Notes under the pieces: model-generated | Databases searched by the model: none | Told to the model about the DNA's origin: nothing | The model's input: only the letters and a program-made list of their open reading frames with translations | Shown: positions 28,400 through 38,357 of the stretch, one piece after another | Numbering within the stretch: the first letter of the stretch is position 1 | How the letters are laid out: each line of letters begins with the position of its first letter | Position numbers and translations under genes: made by a program | Assembly: GCA_000993685.1 (NCBI GenBank) | Contig: LBWP01000006.1 | Coordinates: 5,356 to 69,355, forward strand | Source: Candidatus Woesebacteria bacterium GW2011_GWA1_39_21 | GTDB taxonomy: Bacteria > Patescibacteriota > Microgenomatia > UBA8517 | Length of the DNA stretch: 64,000 nt | Reading direction: 5' to 3'

Positions 28400-28978
28400 A
28401 TGATATGGGTAATTCTTATTCCTTTAGTTATTGTCGTATTTTATTTAATCGCGACATACAATTTTTTTGTTTCGAGTAAAGCTAGAATTAAGGCTGCTAT
28501 CCAAGAAATTGGTAATCAGTTAAAAAGACAGGTAGAACTTATCCCAAACCTAGAAAGTTCGACTAAGGGCTATCTAAAACACGAAAAAGGAATTTTTGAC
28601 AAATTAACCGAAGCAAGAAAGTCGATTACAAAAGCAATTGAATCGGGAGACGTTCAAAAGATGGCTGATGCTGCTAATAAACTGGCAACACTATTGCCTG
28701 ACCTGAAAGTTATTGTTGAAAGTAATCCTCAAATCAAAGGCGCAGAGGTTGTCACTAAATTGATGGATGAACTTAGAGACACCTCGGATAAGGTCATGTA
28801 CGCAAGAAGACTTTTAATTGATCTTTCTGCGGACTATAACGTTAAAAGAGCAAGCTTTCCTTCAAATTTAGTTGCATTGATGTTTTCCTTTGCAGAGATG
28901 CAAGGACTAAAAACACCGGAAAACGAAATGGAAGTTAAAGAAGCTGAAATGCAGACGCCAAAAGTCGATTTAGACTAA
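28400..28978 (+). CDS. lemA: LemA family protein
   Basis: GGAGGTG RBS; N-terminal TM, QLKR..LIPNL, E.NP, YN.....FPSN; adjacent to htpX. Confidence 0.9.
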   Translation: MIWVILIPLVIVVFYLIATYNFFVSSKARIKAAIQEIGNQLKRQVELIPNLESSTKGYLKHEKGIFDKLTEARKSITKAIESGDVQKMADAANKLATLLPDLKVIVESNPQIKGAEVVTKLMDELRDTSDKVMYARRLLIDLSADYNVKRASFPSNLVALMFSFAEMQGLKTPENEMEVKEAEMQTPKVDLD

Positions 28979-29054
28979 AAGGATTTTTTTTGAAATCCAG
29001 ATTTATAATCTGTAGTTAACGGCTAGATCTCTAGCCAGTGTTTTTGTTGCAATT

Positions 29055-29987
29055 ATGAAAAACATCTACGAGGTTAAAAGCCAAAACCAGTTCAAGAGTT
29101 TCGTGGTAGTTGGGTTTTTTTTACTTTTTTCAACGCTCGCAATTTACTTTTTAACCAAAGCCTTTGCTTATTATACGGGCTATACTCCAGGAGGATTGGG
29201 GTACTTGGGAGTTGCACTTATCTTTTCAGGCATTACAACTTTTTTCAGTTACTTTTACAGTGATAAAATCGTTCTAACCCTTTCGCAAGCACACCCGGCA
29301 GATAAGAGAAGATATTTTAATTTCTACACCGCCGTTGAAAATTTAACTCTCTCACAGGGTATGCCGGTCCCAAAATTGTATGTCGTTAGCGACAGTGCTC
29401 CCAATGCCTTTGCAACCGGAAGAAATGCCGATCATGCAGTAGTATGTGTAACAACCGGACTTCTGGACAAGCTCAACAAAACCGAACTCGAGGGTGTGCT
29501 TGCACACGAACTGACACATATCAAAAATTACGACATGCTTTTGATGTCGCTTGTTTCAGTGATGGTTGGAGTGATTGCACTTTTAGGTGATTGGCTACTT
29601 CGGGCTTCATGGTTTGGCCGGAGGAAAGATTCCAATCGTGAGGGTGGGCAGTTAGGTGCAATTATTATGGTTATTGGGATTATCTTTGCTTTAGTTTCCC
29701 CAATAGTTTCACAGTTAATCCAACTTGCAATTTCACGAAGAAGAGAATTTATGGCCGATGCCGGTTCCGTTGAAATTACACGTCAGCCTAGTGGATTAAT
29801 TAGTGCGTTGCAAAAACTCGAATCAGATTCTGAACCTTTGGAGGTTGCAAACAAAGCAACCGCGCATCTTTACATTGTCAACCCTTTTAAAAATCAAATA
29901 AAAGGAGCTGTTGGATGGTTTGCCGGACTTTTTAATACACATCCACCAATTGATCAAAGGATAAAAGCGTTAAAACAGATGGCCTAA
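29055..29987 (+). CDS. htpX: M48 zinc metalloprotease HtpX
   Basis: PNAFATGR, HELTH, SRRREFMAD, THPP. Confidence 0.93.
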   Translation: MKNIYEVKSQNQFKSFVVVGFFLLFSTLAIYFLTKAFAYYTGYTPGGLGYLGVALIFSGITTFFSYFYSDKIVLTLSQAHPADKRRYFNFYTAVENLTLSQGMPVPKLYVVSDSAPNAFATGRNADHAVVCVTTGLLDKLNKTELEGVLAHELTHIKNYDMLLMSLVSVMVGVIALLGDWLLRASWFGRRKDSNREGGQLGAIIMVIGIIFALVSPIVSQLIQLAISRRREFMADAGSVEITRQPSGLISALQKLESDSEPLEVANKATAHLYIVNPFKNQIKGAVGWFAGLFNTHPPIDQRIKALKQMA

Positions 29988-30061
29988 ACCAACAAGTAGA
30001 CTTAGAGCAACTAAGAGAATTAAACATTGACAAATTTGGCTAATCATATTTAAATGTTTGC

Positions 30062-30157
30062 ATGGAAGGTACAGTAGGTATCGTTGTTTTATTAGTTTTC
30101 GCCTTTTTAGCAATCGCTATTTTATATTTCGCAAATAAGTTCACCCACAAAAGGTAA
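30062..30157 (+). CDS. 31-aa single-TM small protein (not in ORF track)
   Basis: MEGTVGIVVLLVFAFLAIAILYFANKFTHKR; TTGACA-17nt-TTAAAT ends 6 nt before ATG. Confidence 0.55.
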   Translation: MEGTVGIVVLLVFAFLAIAILYFANKFTHKR

Positions 30158-30183
30158 GCTATTTTCCTGCTCCATAATATTAT

Positions 30184-30375
30184 AACAGCGTTCAAGAAAA
30201 CCCAACCCTTCAGGGTGGGGATGACCCGCCTGCTTAGCTGCGCAAGCTAGCGGGCAGGATTGAACTCTGAAAATGTGCAAACAGAGTTAAGCTTTGCTTT
30301 TGATAAAATCTTAAGCACGCTTATATGTCATCCTCCTTGGGGAAACCCCGCCTTTTAAGGCGGGGAGGATGTCAT
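30184..30375 (+). mobile_element. Mini element family A (non-autonomous IS200/IS605-type; both end hairpins, no ORF)
   Basis: Follows TTAT (30180-30183); left hairpin CCCAACCC-TTCA-GGGTGGGG; right hairpin CCCCGCCTT-TT-AAGGCGGGG then AGGATGTCAT; second copy at 20831-20929. Confidence 0.8.
30225..30258. repeat. 34-bp GC-rich palindrome nested inside element A
   Basis: CCCGCCTGC-TTAGCTGCGCAAGCTA-GCGGGCAGG; absent from the 20.9-kb copy, which reads GATGA|ATTGAAC contiguously. Confidence 0.65.
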
Positions 30376-30474
30376 TGAATTTCTTTGCGAAATCCACGGA
30401 CTAAAGTCCGTGGATGAAGCAAGAATCCAATCTCGTCGACAAAATACCATAGGCTTTAGCCCGTAGTAGTTTAT
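30376..30474 (+). mobile_element. 99-bp mini element family B, second copy
   Basis: Near-identical to 22699-22797; directly abuts element A. Confidence 0.8.
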
Positions 30475-30520
30475 TCTTGTATGAAAATATATTAAGTTAT
30501 ATCATTGACATGAAGCTGTT

Positions 30521-30862
30521 ATGGTAAATATAAAATATCTCGCGGGTTTGGCAAATCTTGCTGTATCCGAGCAAGAAGCTAAAACATTTGGAAAACAACT
30601 CAAAGACATCATCGCTCTCATTTCAAAATTAAACGAAGTTGATACAAAGGATGTTGAACTCCATCGCAGTAGAATCGATCTGACATCAGATAAGTACTTG
30701 GAAGATGTTTGCAGCACTTCGCTTCCAACCCGATCCGTTCTTTATAACGCTGCGTCAAAGCATAACGATTATTTTAGTGTTGATCTGATTCTTGAGAATA
30801 AACAACTCATGCCTAAGAGCCCTGAGTTTTCGCGAAGTTTGAATAAAAAGATTTCAAAATGA
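30521..30862 (+). CDS. gatC: Asp/Glu-tRNA amidotransferase subunit C
   Basis: LA.LANL, KL.EVDT..VE, NA....DYF.V pattern; directly upstream of gatA. Confidence 0.8.
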   Translation: MVNIKYLAGLANLAVSEQEAKTFGKQLKDIIALISKLNEVDTKDVELHRSRIDLTSDKYLEDVCSTSLPTRSVLYNAASKHNDYFSVDLILENKQLMPKSPEFSRSLNKKISK

Positions 30863-32265
30863 AATTGCCGATTAATTACCAGCAGCAAAAGAAACTAATT
30901 AGTGAGAAAAAGACCACGCATGTTGAAATTCTTGATGGCTACCTTGAAAGAATTGAAAAATACGACAAGAAGGTAAACTCTTTTCTGACGCTCATGAAGG
31001 AGAGCAGCTACAAGCAAGCAAGGCTATGCGATAAGTTGTTTTCAGAATTGGGTGAGGATGTTTACAAAAAATATCCGCTATTGGGTTTTGTAGTTTCCTT
31101 AAAAGACCTGTACGCGGCTGAGAGCGTCAGGACAACAGCTTCTTCAAAAGTTTTAGACGATTATACATCCCCTTATGATTCGACTGCTGTTTCCCGCTTA
31201 AGGGCCGACGGCTGTATTTTTATAGGTAAGACTAACTGCGATGCATGGGCACACGGTTCTTCCGGTGAAAACTCCGATTACGGCCCAACAAAAAACCCAT
31301 GGAACTTTGACTTCGTTCCCGGCGGATCCTCTAGTGGTTCGGCCGTAAGCGTTACCTGTGATTTTTGTCTCGCATCCACAGGGACCGACACAGGTGGATC
31401 TATCAGGTTACCGGCAAACTTTTGCGGTGTTGTCGGCTTAAAACCAACCTGGGGCGCAATTTCCAGGTATGGGGTGGTTGCTATGGCATCATCGCTTGAT
31501 TGCGTCGGCTTTTTTGCCAACTCAAGTGAAGACGCAAGAAGTCTTTTTAATGCGACAAAAGGCATAGACGGCTTTGACGCAACGGTAACAAATGTTACAC
31601 CGGCAAAACTTAAAAATGATTACACAATTGGTATCGCGAAAGAATATTTGAACGATGGGGTCAATCCTCAAGTTAAAAACGAGCTAAAAAGAGTAATTTC
31701 AACTTTGGAAAATAACGGCTTTACCATTAAAGATGTCAGCCTGCCATTAACCGAACATGCAATCTCCGTTTATTACATCATCCAACCGGCAGAGGTTTCG
31801 TCAAATCTTGCCAGATATGACGGGGTAAGATACGGACATGACAGGTCGTACTTCGCACCTGAAGCCAAGCGAAGAATTATTCTAGGTACACATGTTTTGT
31901 CAGAAGGTTATTATGATGCTTTTTATATCAAGGCTATGAAAGTCAGAGAAAAGATTATTGAAGAATTTGATCGGGTACTTAACGAAGTCGATGCGATTAT
32001 CGCTCCCGTTTCACCGACGCCGCCCTTTAAACTGGGGGAGAAAGCGCAAGATCCACTACAGATGTATCTTGCCGACATCTATACAGTTGCAGCAAATATC
32101 GCCGGTATCCCAGCACTGGCCATCCCCTCAAATATTACAACTCAAAATTTACCCTTAGGTTTTCAGCTACTAGGAAAAAGGTTTAATGAAGAAGTACTTT
32201 TTGATATCGCTAACAAATTTGAATCTGTTAACACAAAACATCCCGGAAAGGCGCAACTTTTATGA
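30859..32265 (+). CDS. gatA: Asp/Glu-tRNA amidotransferase subunit A
   Basis: Amidase signature PGGSSSGSA, GTDTGGSIR, SSNLARYDG. Confidence 0.95.
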   Translation: MKLPINYQQQKKLISEKKTTHVEILDGYLERIEKYDKKVNSFLTLMKESSYKQARLCDKLFSELGEDVYKKYPLLGFVVSLKDLYAAESVRTTASSKVLDDYTSPYDSTAVSRLRADGCIFIGKTNCDAWAHGSSGENSDYGPTKNPWNFDFVPGGSSSGSAVSVTCDFCLASTGTDTGGSIRLPANFCGVVGLKPTWGAISRYGVVAMASSLDCVGFFANSSEDARSLFNATKGIDGFDATVTNVTPAKLKNDYTIGIAKEYLNDGVNPQVKNELKRVISTLENNGFTIKDVSLPLTEHAISVYYIIQPAEVSSNLARYDGVRYGHDRSYFAPEAKRRIILGTHVLSEGYYDAFYIKAMKVREKIIEEFDRVLNEVDAIIAPVSPTPPFKLGEKAQDPLQMYLADIYTVAANIAGIPALAIPSNITTQNLPLGFQLLGKRFNEEVLFDIANKFESVNTKHPGKAQLL

Positions 32266-33521
32266 AAGAAGATATTACCTTCTTATTTAAAAATACAAAA
32301 TTTCCTTACCTCTGGTTTTCTCAGATTTTTTCGCAGATAACGATCAACATGATGAATTATCTTCTTTTGATCAGGCTTTATGAAAATACCAACTCAACTT
32401 TGGCCATTTCGTTTCTTTGGGTTTCGTATTCATTGCCGGTGATATTAATCGGACCCGTTGCTTATGCAATGGTTGACATTTTAGACAGGAGAAAGGTTTT
32501 AATTGCCACAAACTTCTTCCAAGCTATGCTGGTATTTTTTTACGCAATCTACGCACGAAGTTTTGTCTTTGGAGCGTATGGAATCGCTTTTTTTTACTCT
32601 CTCTTAAACCAATTTTATGTTCCATCGGAAAGTTCCTCTATTACGAGTCTGGTGGAGAGGAAATATTTACCACAAGCAAACGGCTTATTTTTCGTCACCC
32701 AACAGTTATCTTTGATTTTGGGATTTGCACTCGCTAGTGTAATTAATAATTTTATTGGTTTTGATCTTTCACTGTACGTTTGTGCCGCCTTTTTGTTTAT
32801 TGGATTTATTTCAGTAACATTTTTACCAAAAATGAAATTTTCTGAAAAGCAAAAGGGGGATGTAGAAAATGGAATTATCAGCTTCTTTCAATCGATATAC
32901 AGCGGTTATAAATATATTAGAACAAACAAGAATATTTTTATTACCTTGGCGGTTTTAATTTCGGTTCAAATCATGTACTCGATCATTGTGATTAGCGTTC
33001 CCACAATTTCCGAAACGCTACTCGATGTTCCTGCGAAATTGTCCGGTGTTTTTTTGGTTATTCCCGCCGGGATCGGGTCGATGCTTGGAGCAATCTATAT
33101 CCCAATGTTTCTTAAAAACAAATGGCGCAAACGTCGGTTAGTCGAAACTTCACTTTTGGTTATCGCAACCCTTCTTTTCACTGAAACTTTTCTTATTTAC
33201 TACTTGCCGGCTGTTGCGCGCTTAATTATCTCAGGCGTGATTATTCTGTTTATCGGCGTCTTTTTTACCGGAATTCTTATTCCCTCACAAACTTTTCTTC
33301 AGGAAAATACAAGCGACGAATACAAAGGCAGGATTTTCGGAAACATGTGGTTTATTACAACAATAGCAACTGTCATCCCGGTCATCTTCTACGGCTTTTT
33401 TACCGAGCTTTTTGGTATAAAACTTGTTTTGGCTTCCATTTCATTTGCGTGCCTTACCATGTATTATTTCTCGAAAAGAGACAATCTAAAGTTTTTTGAA
33501 TATGAAAAAAATAAATCCTGA
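32262..33521 (+). CDS. MFS transporter
   Basis: About 12 TM; D..DRRK motif A; Q......GR.FG. Confidence 0.85.
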   Translation: MKEDITFLFKNTKFPYLWFSQIFSQITINMMNYLLLIRLYENTNSTLAISFLWVSYSLPVILIGPVAYAMVDILDRRKVLIATNFFQAMLVFFYAIYARSFVFGAYGIAFFYSLLNQFYVPSESSSITSLVERKYLPQANGLFFVTQQLSLILGFALASVINNFIGFDLSLYVCAAFLFIGFISVTFLPKMKFSEKQKGDVENGIISFFQSIYSGYKYIRTNKNIFITLAVLISVQIMYSIIVISVPTISETLLDVPAKLSGVFLVIPAGIGSMLGAIYIPMFLKNKWRKRRLVETSLLVIATLLFTETFLIYYLPAVARLIISGVIILFIGVFFTGILIPSQTFLQENTSDEYKGRIFGNMWFITTIATVIPVIFYGFFTELFGIKLVLASISFACLTMYYFSKRDNLKFFEYEKNKS

Positions 33522-34863
33522 ATATATTCCAATCATCGGCCTCGAGGTCCACATTGAATTGAATACCAAAAGGAAAATGTTTTGTCGCTGTTGTGCCGAG
33601 CATTTTCTCCAAGCTGCTAACTCCAACACCTGTCCGACATGTCTAGGTCTACCCGGGGCCATGCCATACCCAAATAAAACAGCTATTGAAAATACAGTTC
33701 TCTTTGGCCTGGCTTTAGGATGCAAAATCAACAAGTATTCGAAGTTTGACCGAAAACATTATTTTTATCCCGACCTTCCGAAGGGTTACCAAATTACTCA
33801 GTACGATTTGCCATTTTGCTTAAACGGAAAATGGGAATCCCCTGATGGCAAATTTTATCAGATTAGAAGAGTCCATCTAGAAGAAGACACGGGTAAGCTC
33901 CAGCACAAAAATATTGGCGATAAAAAAATGTCGTTAATCGACTTTAACAGAAGCGGTGTACCCTTAATGGAACTCGTCACCGAGCCTTCTTTTCATAACC
34001 CGGATGACGTTTTGGCTTTTTTGAAGGATATTCAGACATTGGCAAGGTATTTACAAATTTCAAACGCTGACATGGAAAAAGGTTCGATGCGCCTAGAGGC
34101 AAACATATCCTTAACCAAGATAACTAAACAACTGGGGATTGACGAAAAAAATATAAAGCTTCCAGATTACAAAGTGGAGCTGAAAAATATCAATTCTTTT
34201 AGATTTTTGAAAAATGCCATTCATGCAGAAATTGTTAGGCAAACAAATCTTCTTTCCCGCGGTGAAAAGATCAAACAGGAGACGCGCGGTTATGATGAAC
34301 AAACAAATAGCACATATTCTCAAAGATCAAAGGAGAATGTTAAAGATTACCGATATTTTCCAGAACCAGATATTCCGTCAATTGTAATTGAAGATGAAAC
34401 GGTCGCAATTATTCAAAAACGATTGGTAGAGTCTCCTTGGGAGAAAAGAAAAAGGTATATTAAAGAATTTGGACTCAGCCAAAATTACGCCCAAATTCTC
34501 ACATCCGACTTAAATCGCGGCGCCTATTTCGAAAAGCTGTATCGCTTAACTAAAAAACACCATTTAAACACAAAAAAGGTTGTCGATCTTATGATCAACA
34601 AAAATTACGATCAGAAATTTCCAACGCCGCAGGGTCTAGTTTTAGATTTATTAAAAACCATAAAAACCCAATCGCCTTCCGATGAGCAACTGGATAGGGC
34701 TGTTTCGGAAGTGCTTATTTCACAACGAAAGGCGGTTTCCGACTATAAATCCGGAAAGGAAAACGCGCTCGGCTTTCTAATCGGCGCCGTGTCGCGAAAA
34801 CTCTCCGGAAAGGGTGATGCAATGACAATTAGAGATAAGTTAACGGAATCGCTTGGTAAATGA
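33502..34863 (+). CDS. gatB: Asp/Glu-tRNA amidotransferase subunit B
   Basis: IGLEVH, FDRKHYFYPDLPKGYQITQ, HLEEDTGK, DYRYFPEPD. Confidence 0.95.
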   Translation: MKKINPEYIPIIGLEVHIELNTKRKMFCRCCAEHFLQAANSNTCPTCLGLPGAMPYPNKTAIENTVLFGLALGCKINKYSKFDRKHYFYPDLPKGYQITQYDLPFCLNGKWESPDGKFYQIRRVHLEEDTGKLQHKNIGDKKMSLIDFNRSGVPLMELVTEPSFHNPDDVLAFLKDIQTLARYLQISNADMEKGSMRLEANISLTKITKQLGIDEKNIKLPDYKVELKNINSFRFLKNAIHAEIVRQTNLLSRGEKIKQETRGYDEQTNSTYSQRSKENVKDYRYFPEPDIPSIVIEDETVAIIQKRLVESPWEKRKRYIKEFGLSQNYAQILTSDLNRGAYFEKLYRLTKKHHLNTKKVVDLMINKNYDQKFPTPQGLVLDLLKTIKTQSPSDEQLDRAVSEVLISQRKAVSDYKSGKENALGFLIGAVSRKLSGKGDAMTIRDKLTESLGK

Positions 34864-34864
34864 T

Positions 34865-37800
34865 ATGTCAAAATTTGTGCATCTTCACCTTCACACGGAG
34901 TATTCTCTATTAGACGGACTGTGCAAAATTAGCCCTTTGATTTCTTATGTTAAAGCAAGCGGGATGGACGCTCTCGCAATTACCGATCATGGAACAATGT
35001 ATGGGGTCATTGAATTTTACAAAAAATGCAAAGCCGAAGGAATAAAACCAGTCATCGGTGTCGAAGGCTATATCTGCCGCGATCTGAAAGTCAAAGACCG
35101 AACTTCAAAATATAATCATATTATTCTTCTTGCAAAAAACGAAGTTGGGTATAAGAATCTAATGCGGATAACGTCGATTGCCCACATTGAAGGTTATTAT
35201 TATAAGCCTCGTTTTGATTTTGAAGTTTTAAAAAAATATTCCAAGGGTTTAATCTGCACTACTGCATGCGGACAGGGCGAGGTCCCCCAAGCACTTAACA
35301 ATGATGGTTACGATGCAGGTAAAAAGGTTGTTGAAAAATATGCCGACATTTTTAAAGACGATTTTTATATTGAACTTCAGTTTCGAGATTACACAGAAGC
35401 CTTAAAGAATGCTAAAAATGACGAAATCAAAACCCAGCTTCTTGATATGCAGGACTTCAAAGACAAAGTTAATCCCATGCTGGTCAAACTAAGCCGTGAC
35501 ATGGGCATTCCGATTGTTGCGACAAACGATTGTCACTACATTAAAAAAGAAGACGCGATAGCTCAGGACGCAGCTGTTTGTATTGCAACAGGAAAGACCG
35601 TTGATGAAACAAAAAGATTGCGCTATATCGATAATCCCGACTATTACGTCAAAACACCACAAGAAATGGAGAAGGTTTTCGCGCAATATCCAGACGCGAT
35701 AAAAAACACGCTTAAAATTGCCGACAAAACAGATCTTGAAATTTCGACATTGGGAAAATGGTTCTTCCCAAAAATCAAGTTACCTGATAACTACTCGGCT
35801 GATGATTACCTGCAAAAGCTGGTTTATAAGCAGCTGAAAAAGAAATTTAAAAATCCCAGCCAAGAAGAAGTTACGCGCATCGAATACGAACTCAATATTA
35901 TTAAAACGAAGGGTTATTCTGCATACTTTTTAATTGTTAGGGATTTTGTCAGTTGGTGCACGTCACACGGAATCATTACCAATACCAGAGGCTCTGCTGC
36001 GGGATCTTTCGTCTCCTATTTAATAGGTATCACAAAGGTCAACCCCCTTGAGTATTACTTACCGTTTGAACGTTTCTTAAACCCATACCGACCAAGTCCA
36101 CCCGATATCGACCTTGACATCGCCGACGACAGAAGAGAAGAGTTGATTCGTTATATTTCCAAACACTATGGTGTCGAAAATGTAGCCCAACTCTGTACTT
36201 TCGGTCGAATGCTCTCGAGACAATCAGTCCGTGACACTGCGCGAGTTTTAGGTTATGAGTATGCCGTCGGAGATCGAATTTCTAAACTTATCCCACCCCC
36301 CAAACAGGGTTTTCCCATAACAATTCCAAAAGCGTTGGGGACAATTGAAGAATTAAAAAATCTTTACGACTCCGACTCCGATACTAAAAAAATTATCGAT
36401 CTTGCCCTTCAAATTGAAGGTAACGCCAGACACGTTTCTGTCCATGCAGCAGGAGTTGTTATTTCACCGACAGCAATTACTGATTTTACACCCATCCAAC
36501 GCGAGCCGTCGGGCGATAAAATTATAACGCAATACGAAATGCATTCGGCCGAAGATGTTGGCCTAATCAAATTCGATGTTCTTGGAATCAGAAACTTAGC
36601 GATTCTCGGAAGTTCGATTAAAATTGCCAAGGAAACCAAAGGTGTCGATATCGATATTAATAAAATTCCACTCGACGACAAAAAAACATTTAAGATGCTT
36701 GGTAAAGGCCAAACGATGGGCGTATTCCAGCTCGCAAGCACCGGGATGACCAAATACTTAATAGATCTTAAACCTGAAAGAATTGAGGATTTAATGGTAA
36801 TGGTTGCACTTTACCGACCCGGTCCAATTGCCGTAATTCCCGACTATATTAAAAGAAAACAAAACCCAGAACTTGTGAAATATCTCGATCCGCGGATGGA
36901 AAAGTTCTTAAACGCCTCATATGGTTTGATTGTCTACCAAGACGATCTCTTGTTTTGTGCAATTGAGCTTGGTGGCTACAGCTGGGAGGAGGCTGATAAA
37001 TTCCGAAAAGCCGTAGGTAAGAAAATCCCGGAAGAAATGGCTGCTCAGAAAGAAAAGTTTATCAAAGGAACAATTGCTAACGGTCAGACGGAAAAATTTG
37101 CCAATGAACTTTGGAGGCTCTTTGAGCCATTCCAATCATACGGATTCAACAAATCACACGCCGCGTCCTACGGAATGGTCGCCTACCAAACAGCTTACAT
37201 GAAAGCTAATTTCCCGGTCGAATTTATGTGTGCACTGTTAACCGCGGAAAGCGCTGACAAAATTAAAATCGCTGCTGCTATCCACGAATGTAAACGAATG
37301 GGAATTTCAGTGCTTCCACCTGACATTAACGAAAGCAGTGTTGACTTTACGATTGTAAAGGATGATAAGTCGCTCGACGGTGGCGCAATACGTTTTGGTT
37401 TAAACGCAATTAAAAATGTTGGAAACGCCGCCGTTGAAAGCATCCTTGGTGAACGAGCTAACGGCAGGTTCAAAAATATTTTGGATTTTCTAAAACGAAC
37501 CGATAGCCGAAAGGTTAATAAAAAAGTCCTTGAAAGTCTTATTAAAGTCGGAGCTTTTGCTTCTTTTGGCAAAAGGTCGACTTTGTTAAATCACCTTGAT
37601 GAAATTAGGGGAAAAGTTACACAAAATAGTACAAACAAAAACCAGCAAGCGCTTTTTACAACCCCGAATAATGATCTTGATAATGAAACGCTTGTCCAAT
37701 ATTATGAAGGCGATGAATTCTCTGAAGAAGAAATCAGCGCCTTTGAAAAAGCACTTCTTGGACTTTCACTGTCAGGAAAGTCGGTTAATGAACTTCTGGA

Positions 37801-38311
37801 AAAAATTAAAGCCTATGCCGACTGTAATATCTCCGATCTGTCTAGTTTTGAGCAAAAAAATGGCACCGTAAAAATTGCCGCTGTAATTTCTGAGGTGAGA
37901 ATAATCATTACAAAAAAGTCCGGACAGGAAATGTCGTTTATGAAAGTCGAGGATGAAACCGGATCATTGGAAGTAGTGATTTTTCCAGGTGTTTTTGAAA
38001 AATACAAAAATACGCTCAATGAAGGACGGGCAATATTAATTAAAGGAAAGGTTGATGAAAAAAACGACAAGCCCGCTTTTCTTGCCGATGATATTCAAAT
38101 TGAACCGGACGAAGATATAATTACGATTGTCATAAAAGACAGTAACGACGTTGAATCTTTGAAAAGATTGAAGAAATTTCTTTTAACTATCCCCGGAAGA
38201 AATGGTGTTAGTCTTTTGTTTGAAAAAAATAATTTTAGGAAAAAATTGAGTATCAAAATTAACTGGAATGAGGAAAATGCAAGGCAAATATCCTCCATTC
38301 TGAACAATTAG
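34865..38311 (+). CDS. dnaE: DNA polymerase III alpha subunit
   Basis: FVHLHLHTEYSLLDG, RGSAAGS, PDIDLD, GFNKSH, C-terminal OB fold; no intein visible. Confidence 0.97.
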   Translation: MSKFVHLHLHTEYSLLDGLCKISPLISYVKASGMDALAITDHGTMYGVIEFYKKCKAEGIKPVIGVEGYICRDLKVKDRTSKYNHIILLAKNEVGYKNLMRITSIAHIEGYYYKPRFDFEVLKKYSKGLICTTACGQGEVPQALNNDGYDAGKKVVEKYADIFKDDFYIELQFRDYTEALKNAKNDEIKTQLLDMQDFKDKVNPMLVKLSRDMGIPIVATNDCHYIKKEDAIAQDAAVCIATGKTVDETKRLRYIDNPDYYVKTPQEMEKVFAQYPDAIKNTLKIADKTDLEISTLGKWFFPKIKLPDNYSADDYLQKLVYKQLKKKFKNPSQEEVTRIEYELNIIKTKGYSAYFLIVRDFVSWCTSHGIITNTRGSAAGSFVSYLIGITKVNPLEYYLPFERFLNPYRPSPPDIDLDIADDRREELIRYISKHYGVENVAQLCTFGRMLSRQSVRDTARVLGYEYAVGDRISKLIPPPKQGFPITIPKALGTIEELKNLYDSDSDTKKIIDLALQIEGNARHVSVHAAGVVISPTAITDFTPIQREPSGDKIITQYEMHSAEDVGLIKFDVLGIRNLAILGSSIKIAKETKGVDIDINKIPLDDKKTFKMLGKGQTMGVFQLASTGMTKYLIDLKPERIEDLMVMVALYRPGPIAVIPDYIKRKQNPELVKYLDPRMEKFLNASYGLIVYQDDLLFCAIELGGYSWEEADKFRKAVGKKIPEEMAAQKEKFIKGTIANGQTEKFANELWRLFEPFQSYGFNKSHAASYGMVAYQTAYMKANFPVEFMCALLTAESADKIKIAAAIHECKRMGISVLPPDINESSVDFTIVKDDKSLDGGAIRFGLNAIKNVGNAAVESILGERANGRFKNILDFLKRTDSRKVNKKVLESLIKVGAFASFGKRSTLLNHLDEIRGKVTQNSTNKNQQALFTTPNNDLDNETLVQYYEGDEFSEEEISAFEKALLGLSLSGKSVNELLEKIKAYADCNISDLSSFEQKNGTVKIAAVISEVRIIITKKSGQEMSFMKVEDETGSLEVVIFPGVFEKYKNTLNEGRAILIKGKVDEKNDKPAFLADDIQIEPDEDIITIVIKDSNDVESLKRLKKFLLTIPGRNGVSLLFEKNNFRKKLSIKINWNEENARQISSILNN

Positions 38312-38357
38312 TTTTCAATTCTTGATATCAAAGAGCATTTCAAACTATAATACGCAC

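Noticed and set aside
34865..38311. Intein or intron in dnaE
   Set aside because: Length and motif order are normal; no splicing motifs seen
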